Shown: positions 18,089 to 27,919 of the stretch, one piece after another
Position numbering within the stretch: the stretch's first letter is position 1
How the letters are laid out: each line of letters begins with the position of its first letter
Virus record (IMG/VR): IMGVR_UViG_3300045971_000344
Location: 230,945 to 294,944 of that record
Reading direction: 5' to 3' (one strand)
Length of the DNA stretch: 64,000 bases
Made by a program: the position numbers and the translations under genes
The notes under the pieces: generated by a model
The model's database searches: none
What the model saw: only the letters and a program-made list of their open reading frames with translations
Told to the model about the DNA's origin: nothing

Positions 18089-18877
18089 ATGATAAACTAT
18101 GCACAATGTATACAGATAAAATACCCAGGAATTACTGAGTTAGACTTTGAATTACGTGAAGATGAAAATGGTTTAGACTTGATTTGGAATAATGAGGCAA
18201 CTTATGGACCTAAGCCTTCATTTGGAGCTCTTGCAAGTTATGAACTTCCCACTAGAATTCAGGAAAAGGTTATAGAACTTGATACAACTATGTATGATGA
18301 GATAACCAACGGCACTTCTGGTTATCAACTTCAAGGTCTTAACTCTAATTTTCGCATAGACTCCGGTCGTGATGACCTGGACAATATGCGAAACTTGAGA
18401 GACTACTGCCGGCAGATGATAGTAGCATTTACAAATGGTGCCTATCCTGCAAACTTGGGTGGACAAGTTACAAACAATCACCCAGAGCTTAATCCCACTG
18501 GTGACTGGTATGGAGTAATCTCTAGCTTTGCGGTTGAATATGGATCGTGGGGAACTGGTGATGCCCAAGGAGTGGCCTACCTTAATTCCTGTAAAGGTAC
18601 ACTAACTGTAGGTGAACAAATTTATATGTGTGATAACGATCCTGTCAGATTGCCTGTTGCAGTTCCTGTATACTTTGTAAAAAATAACATGATGGGTACA
18701 GTTATCAAAGGTTTTGAAAATAACTTTCATCCAGTAACTTTGCAGGAACTAGACGTAATAATTTTTGAGTTACAAGCATACGGACTTTGGCTGTACCAAC
18801 ATAAATGGGAGAAGGTAGCACAGGTAATGACTTGTACTACTGTTGAACAATTAGAAGCAATTTCATTTTTCAGTTGA
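18089..18877 (+). CDS. Probable tail fibre assembly/chaperone protein
   Basis: XkdW-like start (IQIKYPG..DFELRED...W); C-term CTTVEQLEAI; follows the fibre genes. Confidence 0.55.
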   Translation: MINYAQCIQIKYPGITELDFELREDENGLDLIWNNEATYGPKPSFGALASYELPTRIQEKVIELDTTMYDEITNGTSGYQLQGLNSNFRIDSGRDDLDNMRNLRDYCRQMIVAFTNGAYPANLGGQVTNNHPELNPTGDWYGVISSFAVEYGSWGTGDAQGVAYLNSCKGTLTVGEQIYMCDNDPVRLPVAVPVYFVKNNMMGTVIKGFENNFHPVTLQELDVIIFELQAYGLWLYQHKWEKVAQVMTCTTVEQLEAISFFS

Positions 18878-18910
18878 ACCTCAGTTAAACCCGTAAAGGG
18901 GAGGATAGAA

Positions 18911-19438
18911 ATGTCGGATAATATTTTATTTAAACCCATGGACGTTATTGTATTTTATAGTCGCCCTTACAACATTCTCCATAAATTGATTAATTGGAGA
19001 TGCTTAGATGATTCCCCTCATTGTGCCACTGTTGTAGACCTTGCTTCTTCTGGAGAGGCGGAAATTTATGATTTAGATATAAAAGGTTTTCATATTAATT
19101 TACTATCTGCCTATAAAGATTGGTTTTGTACCGTTCATAGATACAATAAAGTATATAACGAAATTAACTTGAGAGCTTGGTGTGATGAGAAGCTAATTAC
19201 TAGCAATGGGTATGATTTGTGGGCACAATGGATTATGGGGTTTTGTTTGGGTCTTACAAAAAGATCACTGGCTAATGATGAACACCGATGGACATGTGCT
19301 GAACTCCCGTATTGGGCTTTTCAAGAAAACGGGTATAAACTTACAGCTAAGGATGAGGTTTTACCCATGCCTAGATTTTTTAGATACAGCACAGAATTTG
19401 ATTGTCTGTATGAAGGCCCCGTGAGTCTGTTGGTTTAA
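18911..19438 (+). CDS. Permuted papain-like (YiiX/YebB-type NlpC/P60) protein
   Basis: KPMDVIVF, early His (SPHCATV), GYD, late Cys (WTCAEL). Confidence 0.7.
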   Translation: MSDNILFKPMDVIVFYSRPYNILHKLINWRCLDDSPHCATVVDLASSGEAEIYDLDIKGFHINLLSAYKDWFCTVHRYNKVYNEINLRAWCDEKLITSNGYDLWAQWIMGFCLGLTKRSLANDEHRWTCAELPYWAFQENGYKLTAKDEVLPMPRFFRYSTEFDCLYEGPVSLLV

Positions 19439-19543
19439 ATTGTATATTCTAGTGTGTGCGCGAGTGAGTGTGTAAGAGGGCTTATCTAAATAAAAGGAGA
19501 ACCATTATGTGGATCAAACGACCAACTGCAGGAGGTATTAGCC

Positions 19544-21403
19544 GTGGGTAAAACCAAGATCGTGTTAAACCGACAGTCAGAAGTAAAAGAGGATGTAAGC
19601 TTTGGGTCAAAGAACATCAAAGCATTGGCTGACCCGGTTGATGGCCAAGATGCTGTAACAAAGAGTTTTTTGGAGTCTTATGTAGGAACTGAAGTATCAA
19701 CTGGATCTGGTGTGATTGGTCTCGCAGAAGATGGATCGTATGCAGATGGCTTGTTTACAGACTTCTCTGCAGCTACTCCTGTAGGAACGGCTGTGGATCG
19801 CTTCAATGAGGTTCTTAAGTCATTAAGTCCTCAGCCCGCTCCTAACTTGAGTTCTATGAGCTCTAACTCAGGTGTAGGTGGAAAGCTATCTTTTGGGGCT
19901 ACCAATGCTATTGACGGTTACACTAATGCAACTGGCGTGGATATTAATGGTAGTTATGCTATCGCTGGGACCAGGCTTGGTATTTTTAACGGGTCAACTG
20001 CTGTAACGGGAACACTGGCAAATAATGTTACTCCAAACTTTGTCAGTTCACGTCCGTATCCAAACAACGCTTTTGGCGATGGTAACGTAGGCCTGCTCCA
20101 TCTAGAAGTAAACGGGTCGATTGTAAAGACAATTGATCTTTCGTCTTTTACTTCGGGAGCGTCCTTAAGTGCATCAGGTTCAGGATTTACGCTGTCGGCT
20201 GCAACAGCGGTACAATTCACTAACGGAGATTCCTTTAGTGTATTTCAGTATCGTACCGGTACTTGGACGGTCTCTGCAAATGACCAAGTAAGTGGGTACA
20301 ACACTGTTCGGGTCCGTCATGAGTATGCTACTGGATTATTCCGGACTACTCAGACCTTTGATTTTGTTGCTGATAGAGGGACAACAGCAACAACGTTTAG
20401 TGGAGAGGTCCTGAATACACTCGCAATGACCGGATCTAAGTATTTGTCCGGTGTTCAGTATCACAATGCAGGTACCGCTAAGTACAGTGTTACAATTCTT
20501 AATGGATATGTAAATACTTATAGTGCTTCTGCATCAGCTCTTTCTCACACTACCTCAAATTGCAGTATTTCTGCTGAAGCTATTCCTACGGCTACCACTC
20601 AGGCAGACAATATTGTACTAACAAATCGGACAGCAACGGTATCAGCAACTAGACTCCTCAATGGTTCAATTTCCGTAAATACAACGGTTGACCGTACAGT
20701 CCAGTCAGATGTTACTTCTACAGGTGCGTCCATTACAGGCCTGCTGTATGACAACGTTGCTGAGAGCAGCACAAACACCTCCATTACATTCAACGGTGAG
20801 GCTCGAAGGATTAACGGTGGAGTGAGCTTAACCTCTACCTCTTATGGATCTGGAGCGGCAGGTTCACAGCAGTCTCCCTGGGACAGCACACAGTCCCTAG
20901 TTGGTGCTGACGCAAATCATAACACTGGACTTCTGGTATACAACGGTGTACTCCAGTATCCAAAAACCAATTTTTCTACAATTGCAAATGGACCTGCAGG
21001 TAATGTAAACTATAGTGCGGCCGCGGGTTTAAGAACTTTCCTCTGTTACTTCTACGATAGCGCAGCACACTCTAACTTCCGTCTGAATGTTGCTGGTGCT
21101 TCTATCGCCTTTGTACCAGTATCAACTGGCCCTAGCGGAAACAACCTTACACTGGAAGTATTGGCTCCTAACACAACTAAACAGGGAGGAACTGTAGAGT
21201 TTAAAGATGCGATGATTGCATACTCTACAGATAACGGAATTGGATGCTATGCGTCTACCTACGGGGCTGTTGTCCCAACAGCTTGGGGTTGTACCTTGGG
21301 TTCCAAAAACACTTCAACATCCGGCAATGTAATTGTCGTGAAAATAACTGCTGCGGCTGCTTGGACTGGTTCTATCAGTTCAATCAGCATCACTTGGCTA
21401 TAA
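19544..21403 (+). CDS. Virion structural (tail/baseplate) protein
   Basis: LADPVDGQDAVTK fibre motif; Ser/Thr/Gly beta-rich; SD GGAGG with GTG start. Confidence 0.7.
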   Translation: MGKTKIVLNRQSEVKEDVSFGSKNIKALADPVDGQDAVTKSFLESYVGTEVSTGSGVIGLAEDGSYADGLFTDFSAATPVGTAVDRFNEVLKSLSPQPAPNLSSMSSNSGVGGKLSFGATNAIDGYTNATGVDINGSYAIAGTRLGIFNGSTAVTGTLANNVTPNFVSSRPYPNNAFGDGNVGLLHLEVNGSIVKTIDLSSFTSGASLSASGSGFTLSAATAVQFTNGDSFSVFQYRTGTWTVSANDQVSGYNTVRVRHEYATGLFRTTQTFDFVADRGTTATTFSGEVLNTLAMTGSKYLSGVQYHNAGTAKYSVTILNGYVNTYSASASALSHTTSNCSISAEAIPTATTQADNIVLTNRTATVSATRLLNGSISVNTTVDRTVQSDVTSTGASITGLLYDNVAESSTNTSITFNGEARRINGGVSLTSTSYGSGAAGSQQSPWDSTQSLVGADANHNTGLLVYNGVLQYPKTNFSTIANGPAGNVNYSAAAGLRTFLCYFYDSAAHSNFRLNVAGASIAFVPVSTGPSGNNLTLEVLAPNTTKQGGTVEFKDAMIAYSTDNGIGCYASTYGAVVPTAWGCTLGSKNTSTSGNVIVVKITAAAAWTGSISSISITWL

Positions 21404-21418
21404 GGAGCGAACTAACTC

Positions 21419-22231
21419 ATGTCATATATACTCGATACCTTTGCCAGAGCGGCATTTAAACGATTAATTGGTAAGTCACATACTTCAAATACTAGGGACC
21501 CGGCTAACGAGCCCATTGCATCGGCCTTCGTTATCTCTGCACAAAACGTCTGGGCACAGAAAATTAACCCCACCCCTGCAGATGGAACTAATGTGGGGAT
21601 TGTTAGTGATCTGATTACCTTAAACTTGGAGCCTGTTTCTGGTACTGCCAACAGTGGTAAGTATGCCTCTTATAGGGCAAAACTTGGGGCTTCTGTACCT
21701 TCCTCTTTGACCGGTAAGATAAATCGCCAGACTGGTGTGGCTTACGTGGCAAATGACTATGTGGGAGATATTATTCCACAGTCATTTGGTGATTCATTCC
21801 GTCCAAAGCTGTATAAGAGTGGAGTAGAAACTCCTCCTCTGGATGCTTCTGACTGGTTCATTGACACTTCAGCTGGTGTTATAACCCAAGAAGAAGATGT
21901 TACGGGTGCAATGATTGACTATTCCACCGGTGGAACAGTTCAATGCTATGTCTACATAGGCGCCTTTGTAGCAGACTCTTTGCAGAACGTTAGTTCCTCC
22001 GTTCCTGTATTCTATGATCTTCAGACAATCGGAGACGGTATTACTGGAACTATTGATGGTACAAATGATACGTTTTTACTGAGTAATACTCCAGTAGCAT
22101 CTTCTGTCCATGTTTATCTGAACGGACTGTTAACTAAGGATTTCACACTATCCGGAGCTAACGTTGTCTTCAACACTGAGTCAATTCCTAAGGTAGGTTG
22201 GGAATTAATTGTGAGTTACAGAACAATCTAG
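21419..22231 (+). CDS. Virion structural protein
   Basis: C-term GTIDGTNDTF.L...VYLNGL..DFTLSG domain; DWFIDTSAGVI. Confidence 0.65.
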   Translation: MSYILDTFARAAFKRLIGKSHTSNTRDPANEPIASAFVISAQNVWAQKINPTPADGTNVGIVSDLITLNLEPVSGTANSGKYASYRAKLGASVPSSLTGKINRQTGVAYVANDYVGDIIPQSFGDSFRPKLYKSGVETPPLDASDWFIDTSAGVITQEEDVTGAMIDYSTGGTVQCYVYIGAFVADSLQNVSSSVPVFYDLQTIGDGITGTIDGTNDTFLLSNTPVASSVHVYLNGLLTKDFTLSGANVVFNTESIPKVGWELIVSYRTI

Positions 22232-22299
22232 TCTGGTCTAACCATAACGGGGTGGGAAGATAAATAATTTATATGTATATATGAAAGGATTTGTCTACA

Positions 22300-23241
22300 A
22301 TGAATTATCTTCCCATCCCTTATGAATGTCTACAGTTAAACACAACACCAGATTTTAGGTTATACCTAAAGTATGGTGATAAGTATGTCTTGTATAAAGA
22401 TTCAGGAATAAACTTTAGTATTGAAGATAAAGAGAGACTATCCCGCAATCATTCCAAACTCTACATTGAAAACAACCAAACAGATGAATATAAAAAGTAT
22501 GTAGATGAAAGGATATCTAGTATCTTAATAGACCGTAATGTACCTAGCAAAATAAAAGGAAACTTATTGTACCAAGTTTCTTCTTCTTATATTGAGGAAG
22601 TATTTAAGACAAATGTTAATCAAGAACTAGATGGTAGGTATCGTTATTTAGTTGAGCAAATTGTAGGATTATGGCTGTCTGATCCAGAAACTCTAACTTC
22701 AGTAACCTTATTGAATAATCATAGTGAGTACGAATATAGCCATGCCGTCCAAGTCTCTGCTATGTCAATAATGTTGGCCACACTATGTTTTAACTTAAAT
22801 CGCTTTGAGTTGATAGACATAGGTGTTGCTGGGCTTTTGCATGATATAGGTAAAATTTATGTTCCAAAGGCTGTACTTAGTAAGCCTGGAAAATTAGATA
22901 AAGAAGAGTTTGAGGCTCTTAAAAAGCATCCAACTGATGGTTCTTTTTATTTATCTAAAATAACAAAATTCAATCCAACTATACTGTCTGCAATTGAAGG
23001 TCACCATGAGTGTATAGACGGATCAGGATACCCTAAGGGTCTTCGCGAACATCAGATTGGAAGAAATGCCCGACTGGTTGCTATAGCTGACACGTTTTGT
23101 GCTTTGATATCTAATAGATCTTATAGGCCGGCCTATACTCATGCTGATGCTTGTACTTTGTTGAAAAAAGAGTTTTATTCTAAATTAGACGTGCGTATGG
23201 TTAATAAGCTTTCGGAACACATTCTAGGATTAAAGGTGTAG
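22300..23241 (+). CDS. HD-GYP domain cyclic-dinucleotide phosphodiesterase
   Basis: YSHAVQV, GLLHDIGK, HPTDG, HHECIDGSGYPKGL, AIADTFCAL..RSYR. Confidence 0.9.
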   Translation: MNYLPIPYECLQLNTTPDFRLYLKYGDKYVLYKDSGINFSIEDKERLSRNHSKLYIENNQTDEYKKYVDERISSILIDRNVPSKIKGNLLYQVSSSYIEEVFKTNVNQELDGRYRYLVEQIVGLWLSDPETLTSVTLLNNHSEYEYSHAVQVSAMSIMLATLCFNLNRFELIDIGVAGLLHDIGKIYVPKAVLSKPGKLDKEEFEALKKHPTDGSFYLSKITKFNPTILSAIEGHHECIDGSGYPKGLREHQIGRNARLVAIADTFCALISNRSYRPAYTHADACTLLKKEFYSKLDVRMVNKLSEHILGLKV

Positions 23242-23243
23242 AT

Positions 23244-23720
23244 ATGGCAGATTTAGAGCAAAAAATATCTAAACTGGAAGATAATATCCATGTTATTGAT
23301 ACCAAATTAACGGAAATAAAAACGGATGTACCTTACATAAAGCAAGATGTACAGGATTTGTGGAGTGCAGTTAACCCAATAATTAGGGATCATGAAGAAT
23401 TAAAGACAGAAATAATAAGGTACCTGAACAGGATAGAGTTGTTTGATAAAGATGTAGTTTCAGTAAAAGAAACAGTAAAGGCTCACGTAGTAAAGATTTC
23501 AGAGTTTGATGAGCAATATAAATTCTTGGCTAATGCAAGAAAAAATATAAACACAATATTTGTGGCAATAATAATCCAGACTATTTTCCTTATATCTGGT
23601 CTATTGGCTTTTGTTTTTACCTTAACCCAACAAAAGACTAATCAGCAGCAGCAGCAACAACAACCACAAGATCTACCGAAAAAAGGTACCCCTTCAGTAA
23701 CAGTAGGGGGTGGTAATTAA
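23244..23720 (+). CDS. Coiled-coil protein with one C-terminal TM helix (holin-like topology)
   Basis: Heptad N-term; IFVAIIIQTIFLISGLLAFVFTL. Confidence 0.6.
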   Translation: MADLEQKISKLEDNIHVIDTKLTEIKTDVPYIKQDVQDLWSAVNPIIRDHEELKTEIIRYLNRIELFDKDVVSVKETVKAHVVKISEFDEQYKFLANARKNINTIFVAIIIQTIFLISGLLAFVFTLTQQKTNQQQQQQQPQDLPKKGTPSVTVGGGN

Positions 23721-24484
23721 TGCAAGATAAACTCCAAATCTCAACAGAAATATTCAACATAATGGTTAGCTTCTCTGACGGAGTGTCTAATCACCAGCAC
23801 GATAACGCAATAGGGGCGTTATTAGCTCTTTGGTTTTTCTTATTTGCCACAGTGTTGTGCGTAAAAAGACTAATAAATAATGGGCCTACTTTTAACCTTA
23901 CCTTGATCTTGATTTCTTGTATCTTTGGAATATGCCGAAACGGCTTTTTGTTTATAATAGACTATGGTTACTTTAGAGGATTCTTTCCGCATCCAGGAGT
24001 ATATAACTCAATCCCTTTAATTGACCATACGTTTCAATTACTTGGCTTATTGGCAATGAATTATGCAATTATTTATCTATCTGCACCTCCGCGCTGGTGC
24101 ATAAAGTATTATCATTTTTCTTTTATAGTACCATTTTTTCTCTACGTTCTTATTCAGGTTCTTCAAAGATTCGGGAACTTAAATCTTATAGAGTACTCCT
24201 TTTTCATAGGAGACATTGTCTATCATGGAACAATGATTTTTATGACGCTGTCTGTACTGGCCCTTATTTTATATAGACATAAGTCCGTTGCAACAAGTCT
24301 TTTGTGCTATATAATGTTTATCTTGACCTCAAACGCTTATACTTTTAGTAACTCAATTACAAAGAGCGTTTATTCAGATATACTTATCCCATATCATAAT
24401 GCTTATTACTTATGGGCAATTCCGTTTATTATATATTACATCCAGTCAATACCAATCCAAAATGTAACAAGGGATGAAATATGA
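23720..24484 (+). CDS. Multi-pass (~7 TM) membrane protein, sensor-domain-like
   Basis: About seven hydrophobic segments and no cytoplasmic output domain. Confidence 0.7.
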   Translation: MQDKLQISTEIFNIMVSFSDGVSNHQHDNAIGALLALWFFLFATVLCVKRLINNGPTFNLTLILISCIFGICRNGFLFIIDYGYFRGFFPHPGVYNSIPLIDHTFQLLGLLAMNYAIIYLSAPPRWCIKYYHFSFIVPFFLYVLIQVLQRFGNLNLIEYSFFIGDIVYHGTMIFMTLSVLALILYRHKSVATSLLCYIMFILTSNAYTFSNSITKSVYSDILIPYHNAYYLWAIPFIIYYIQSIPIQNVTRDEI

Positions 24485-24588
24485 GAAACAAGAAGTTGTG
24501 CACTGCATTAAGGTGGGTGATAGCAATCTGTGCTTTTGGACTAGCCTACATGGTAGGGGACTTCATTACAAAGATCATGGGTTTATAA
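24481..24588 (+). CDS. 35-aa single-TM peptide
   Basis: ATGA overlap; MRNKKLCTALRWVIAICAFGLAYMVGDFITKIMGL*; fills the gap. Confidence 0.5.
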   Translation: MRNKKLCTALRWVIAICAFGLAYMVGDFITKIMGL

Positions 24589-24589
24589 T

Positions 24590-26227
24590 ATGAAAATAAC
24601 TAAGGTTACAATAGCAAGTCAAGCAGATGACCTAAAGGAATCTAAAGTAGAAGATAGTCTCTATGAAAAACCAGAGACTATTCTTACTATAGACGAGCCT
24701 ACAGACAAACAAAAACAGATAGCTTTATCAGAAATGCCTAAGCTTATTGCTAAATTGAAGAGTCCTACTGAACAGGATTATTTGTACGCTGTTAGGGCAG
24801 ATGGGAACGTACTTCAATTTATCCCCAATAGATCTAAAAGGGTAATAGAGGAAGCTGTTAGAACAACTGGTGATGCTATTAGGTTCGTAGAAAATCCTAC
24901 AGAGGACCAAATACGAATAGCATTGATATCTAATCCTTTTAGTATAAGACACATAAAGAATAAAGAACTGTGGGTACAACAACTTGCGGTTAGGACCGAT
25001 GGTTTAGCTATTCAGCATATACAAAATCCAGAAGAAAGTGTACAGATTTTGGCTGTAAAGACCCACCCTTCAGCTTTGGGCTTTATCTCGAATCCGACTA
25101 AGAAGGTTTGTGAGACAGCACTACGGGTAGACGGACTTGCCATTGAGCACGTAAAGGCACCCTCTGAAGAATTACAATTACTAGCTGTTTCAGAATCTTA
25201 TATGGCGTATGCTTATCGCTATATTGATAAGCCCACTGATAAAGTTAAGATTATTGCGTATAAAAAGAACCCTAATTTGATTGCATATATGGATCGTATT
25301 CCCGAAGAAATCCAGATCAACGCGGTTAATAAGGATATCCGAAACTTTCAGTATATTGAGGAACCTACGAAAAAATGTCAGAAATTGGTATTGAAGCACA
25401 TAGTAGATTACCCGCATATCTTTGATGATATTCATAATATAGATCAAGATGTGTTGACTGAATACTTGGAAGAAATAAAGTTTACTGAAAAGTATGATAA
25501 ACGCCAGCAGATACCCGAGGGATTGAATCTACCTCAACTTCGCCTATATAGATACTTCCAGCAAATGAGTAAAAAGGAAGTATTTAAAACAGAACTTAAG
25601 AATTTGGATTTCATAGATAATAGAATACGAAAGATCATGGAGTCCATTAAAGGTAACGTACTTAAACTTTCTGATGTTATTTCCTTTAAACCCAAAAAGA
25701 CTGATTCTGAGTTGGGTACATTTATTCAAAAGAAATTTGGATTGGCGAAGCTTAATGCTACAAAGCAAATTTTTGATTCCGATAGTATGTACTTTGTCGT
25801 TTATGTAGACGCGGTAAAACTCCTTGATTTGGACTTCAATAAAAATCACATCTACAATATGAGTCAGATGCTGGCGGACAAGGAACCTCCTTACATTCCG
25901 GGACAGTATATTTTAGGGTACGTTAAGTACACACCATATTTACAAAATATTTGGATTGATGAATTCTGGACAGACACTAAGATAAAATCCTCTGAAGACA
26001 ACCTTAATTGGTTACCTGCTTGGATAATGTCTCTGTTTATTCGTGAGCTTCGCTATAGAGATTACAATAGTTTTTATTATGCAATTCCAGAGTTGCGGTC
26101 TCGCCTGAAGTACCCTGAAAGTCCTGTCTATATGGAACAACTGTTACAGGCAGCCTATTTTAGAAAAATGCTGATAAAGAATTTACACCCGTTGGTCAAC
26201 GGTAAAGAAGCATTTATCTTAACCTAG
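24590..26227 (+). CDS. Leader-bearing DUF4116-like helical repeat protein
   Basis: MKITKVTIAS; about ten 'AV..DG.AI..I.NP.E..Q' repeats. Confidence 0.75.
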   Translation: MKITKVTIASQADDLKESKVEDSLYEKPETILTIDEPTDKQKQIALSEMPKLIAKLKSPTEQDYLYAVRADGNVLQFIPNRSKRVIEEAVRTTGDAIRFVENPTEDQIRIALISNPFSIRHIKNKELWVQQLAVRTDGLAIQHIQNPEESVQILAVKTHPSALGFISNPTKKVCETALRVDGLAIEHVKAPSEELQLLAVSESYMAYAYRYIDKPTDKVKIIAYKKNPNLIAYMDRIPEEIQINAVNKDIRNFQYIEEPTKKCQKLVLKHIVDYPHIFDDIHNIDQDVLTEYLEEIKFTEKYDKRQQIPEGLNLPQLRLYRYFQQMSKKEVFKTELKNLDFIDNRIRKIMESIKGNVLKLSDVISFKPKKTDSELGTFIQKKFGLAKLNATKQIFDSDSMYFVVYVDAVKLLDLDFNKNHIYNMSQMLADKEPPYIPGQYILGYVKYTPYLQNIWIDEFWTDTKIKSSEDNLNWLPAWIMSLFIRELRYRDYNSFYYAIPELRSRLKYPESPVYMEQLLQAAYFRKMLIKNLHPLVNGKEAFILT

Positions 26228-26238
26228 AGGTTAAAACC

Positions 26239-27246
26239 ATGTATCGACTCGCAACCAAACCCAAATACGTTAGTCCTGAATACACTGGGACTACCCCCAT
26301 TCAGTCCTCCATTGAGTGCGCAACCTATGGACCAACAAACATAACTGTTGAGCCCATCCCTATTCTACCCCTACCTGAAGAAGTTAAAGACAAAACTTGG
26401 TTTATTCTTAAAGGACTTAGTGACTCTATTCCTACAACTTTAAAGGACTATAAAATAGGGAATATAGCTCTTACTGCGATTCTTAATATTTCAGAGAGAC
26501 CACTCTTTTTGACCTGCGAGAGCGGAACAGGTGTTGCGGCAACGTACTTCAACCTAGAGTTGAAACCAAAACGATTAACCTTTTGGTTTGACCAGAATGT
26601 CGTAATGAGTTTTCAAGAAACTTGTGATGATTTATTTAGGCCCTTGCTTACCCGAATGGAGCATAAAGATTCTCTTACTAGAAAAGAGAATTCAGACAGA
26701 CTATTCGTAGCTCTCTTAGACTTTTTGGTAGACCTTTATTATCCCATTGTTGAGATAATGGATCAGAAGATTCAACAGCTTGAGGAAACAATCTTTGAGG
26801 CGACTAATCCTATAGATGGAATAAAAACCTGTAGAGAATTGAAAATAAAGATACATGGAATACAGAGCGTACTAGTGCCCTTACAGCCAATCTTTGAGAT
26901 CTTATTTGAAGAAAAGATCTTAGCTTCAGGCTCAACTGATTATTTAAAAGATGTGATTTCGCATATTCAGCAGTTGACTTCTAAATTTGACCAACAGTTG
27001 GATAACCTTGACTCTTTGGTAGACCTTTGTATCGCACTAAATAGCAATAAGTTAAATGACCTTATGCGATTCTTAACTGTCTTATCTACATTCTTTTTGC
27101 CCTTATCTTTTATCTGTGCGTGGTATGGAACAAACTTTATAGTACCCGAAACCCATTGGAAATACGGATACTTGTACTTCATAGGTTTATGCGTAGTAAG
27201 CACGTTAGGTTGTTGGGCATGGTTTCGTCAGAAACGCTGGTTATAA
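26239..27246 (+). CDS. corA: CorA-family divalent cation transporter (GTN instead of GMN)
   Basis: LLDFLVDLY, YLKDVISH, NKLNDLMRFLTVLSTFFLPLSFICAWYGTNF..PE.HWKYGY, WFRQKRWL. Confidence 0.85.
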   Translation: MYRLATKPKYVSPEYTGTTPIQSSIECATYGPTNITVEPIPILPLPEEVKDKTWFILKGLSDSIPTTLKDYKIGNIALTAILNISERPLFLTCESGTGVAATYFNLELKPKRLTFWFDQNVVMSFQETCDDLFRPLLTRMEHKDSLTRKENSDRLFVALLDFLVDLYYPIVEIMDQKIQQLEETIFEATNPIDGIKTCRELKIKIHGIQSVLVPLQPIFEILFEEKILASGSTDYLKDVISHIQQLTSKFDQQLDNLDSLVDLCIALNSNKLNDLMRFLTVLSTFFLPLSFICAWYGTNFIVPETHWKYGYLYFIGLCVVSTLGCWAWFRQKRWL

Positions 27247-27284
27247 CAAATAACAATTGTCGAATATAAAAGGAGGATGTGGTA

Positions 27285-27518
27285 ATGATTAGTATGCCAA
27301 TACGTTCCGATAGTTCCCGTGAATTGGCCAGTCCATGTATAAACTCTAAAGGTACAGTTTGCCCTAAGAGGGACTACCCAAAGTGTATGAAAGCCTGTCT
27401 TGGATTGTCTAAATTTACTGACTTCCTTATGAATCAAGTAAACTTAATGTCGTCTACAATGAATGATGTTCATCTGTATCCAATAAATTTTAGCAGAAAT
27501 GGAGAATGTGCCCGATGA
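27285..27518 (+). CDS. Small Cys-rich protein
   Basis: SD AGGAGG; SPC...C...CMKAC. Confidence 0.6.
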   Translation: MISMPIRSDSSRELASPCINSKGTVCPKRDYPKCMKACLGLSKFTDFLMNQVNLMSSTMNDVHLYPINFSRNGECAR

Positions 27519-27904
27519 AGATCGTAAAGGTTGAAATAAGCCATAATACAGTAGAAACCTCAATGGATATTAACCAAGAGTATACTATCCTAAAAAAGTT
27601 GTATTCTATTTTGGGAAAAGAATTGCACTTAAAAGATATTTGTAAATGTACCTTTCGTAGATACGAATCTTATATCCACCTTTTCAGTAACGTTCTTCAC
27701 ATCGACCAAAAAATTGATAATGACTCTTTATTAGCAGACTTCGGGTTATTCCCTTCTCAGTTTACAGATTTTCTTTATTTCAATGGGGCTGAACCTGAAG
27801 TATCTTCTTATCGTCCTACCGGAGGAATGCCTCATAAGCAAAAATCTGAAGGTAAAAAGAAATGGCTTATGATTAACGGCTTTTGGAAGGAAGTTGAAGC
27901 ATAA
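27515..27904 (+). CDS. Leader-bearing protein, paralog of the C-half of 475-1497
   Basis: MKIVKVEISH..VETS; EY.ILK.L...GK....KD; FL(Y/F).NGA; GFWK. Confidence 0.75.
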   Translation: MKIVKVEISHNTVETSMDINQEYTILKKLYSILGKELHLKDICKCTFRRYESYIHLFSNVLHIDQKIDNDSLLADFGLFPSQFTDFLYFNGAEPEVSSYRPTGGMPHKQKSEGKKKWLMINGFWKEVEA

Positions 27905-27919
27905 AGGACGGAGATAATC

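Noticed and set aside
23643-23663. CAG/CAA poly-Gln microsatellite
   Set aside because: Short, in-frame, mixed codons; low-complexity linker only.
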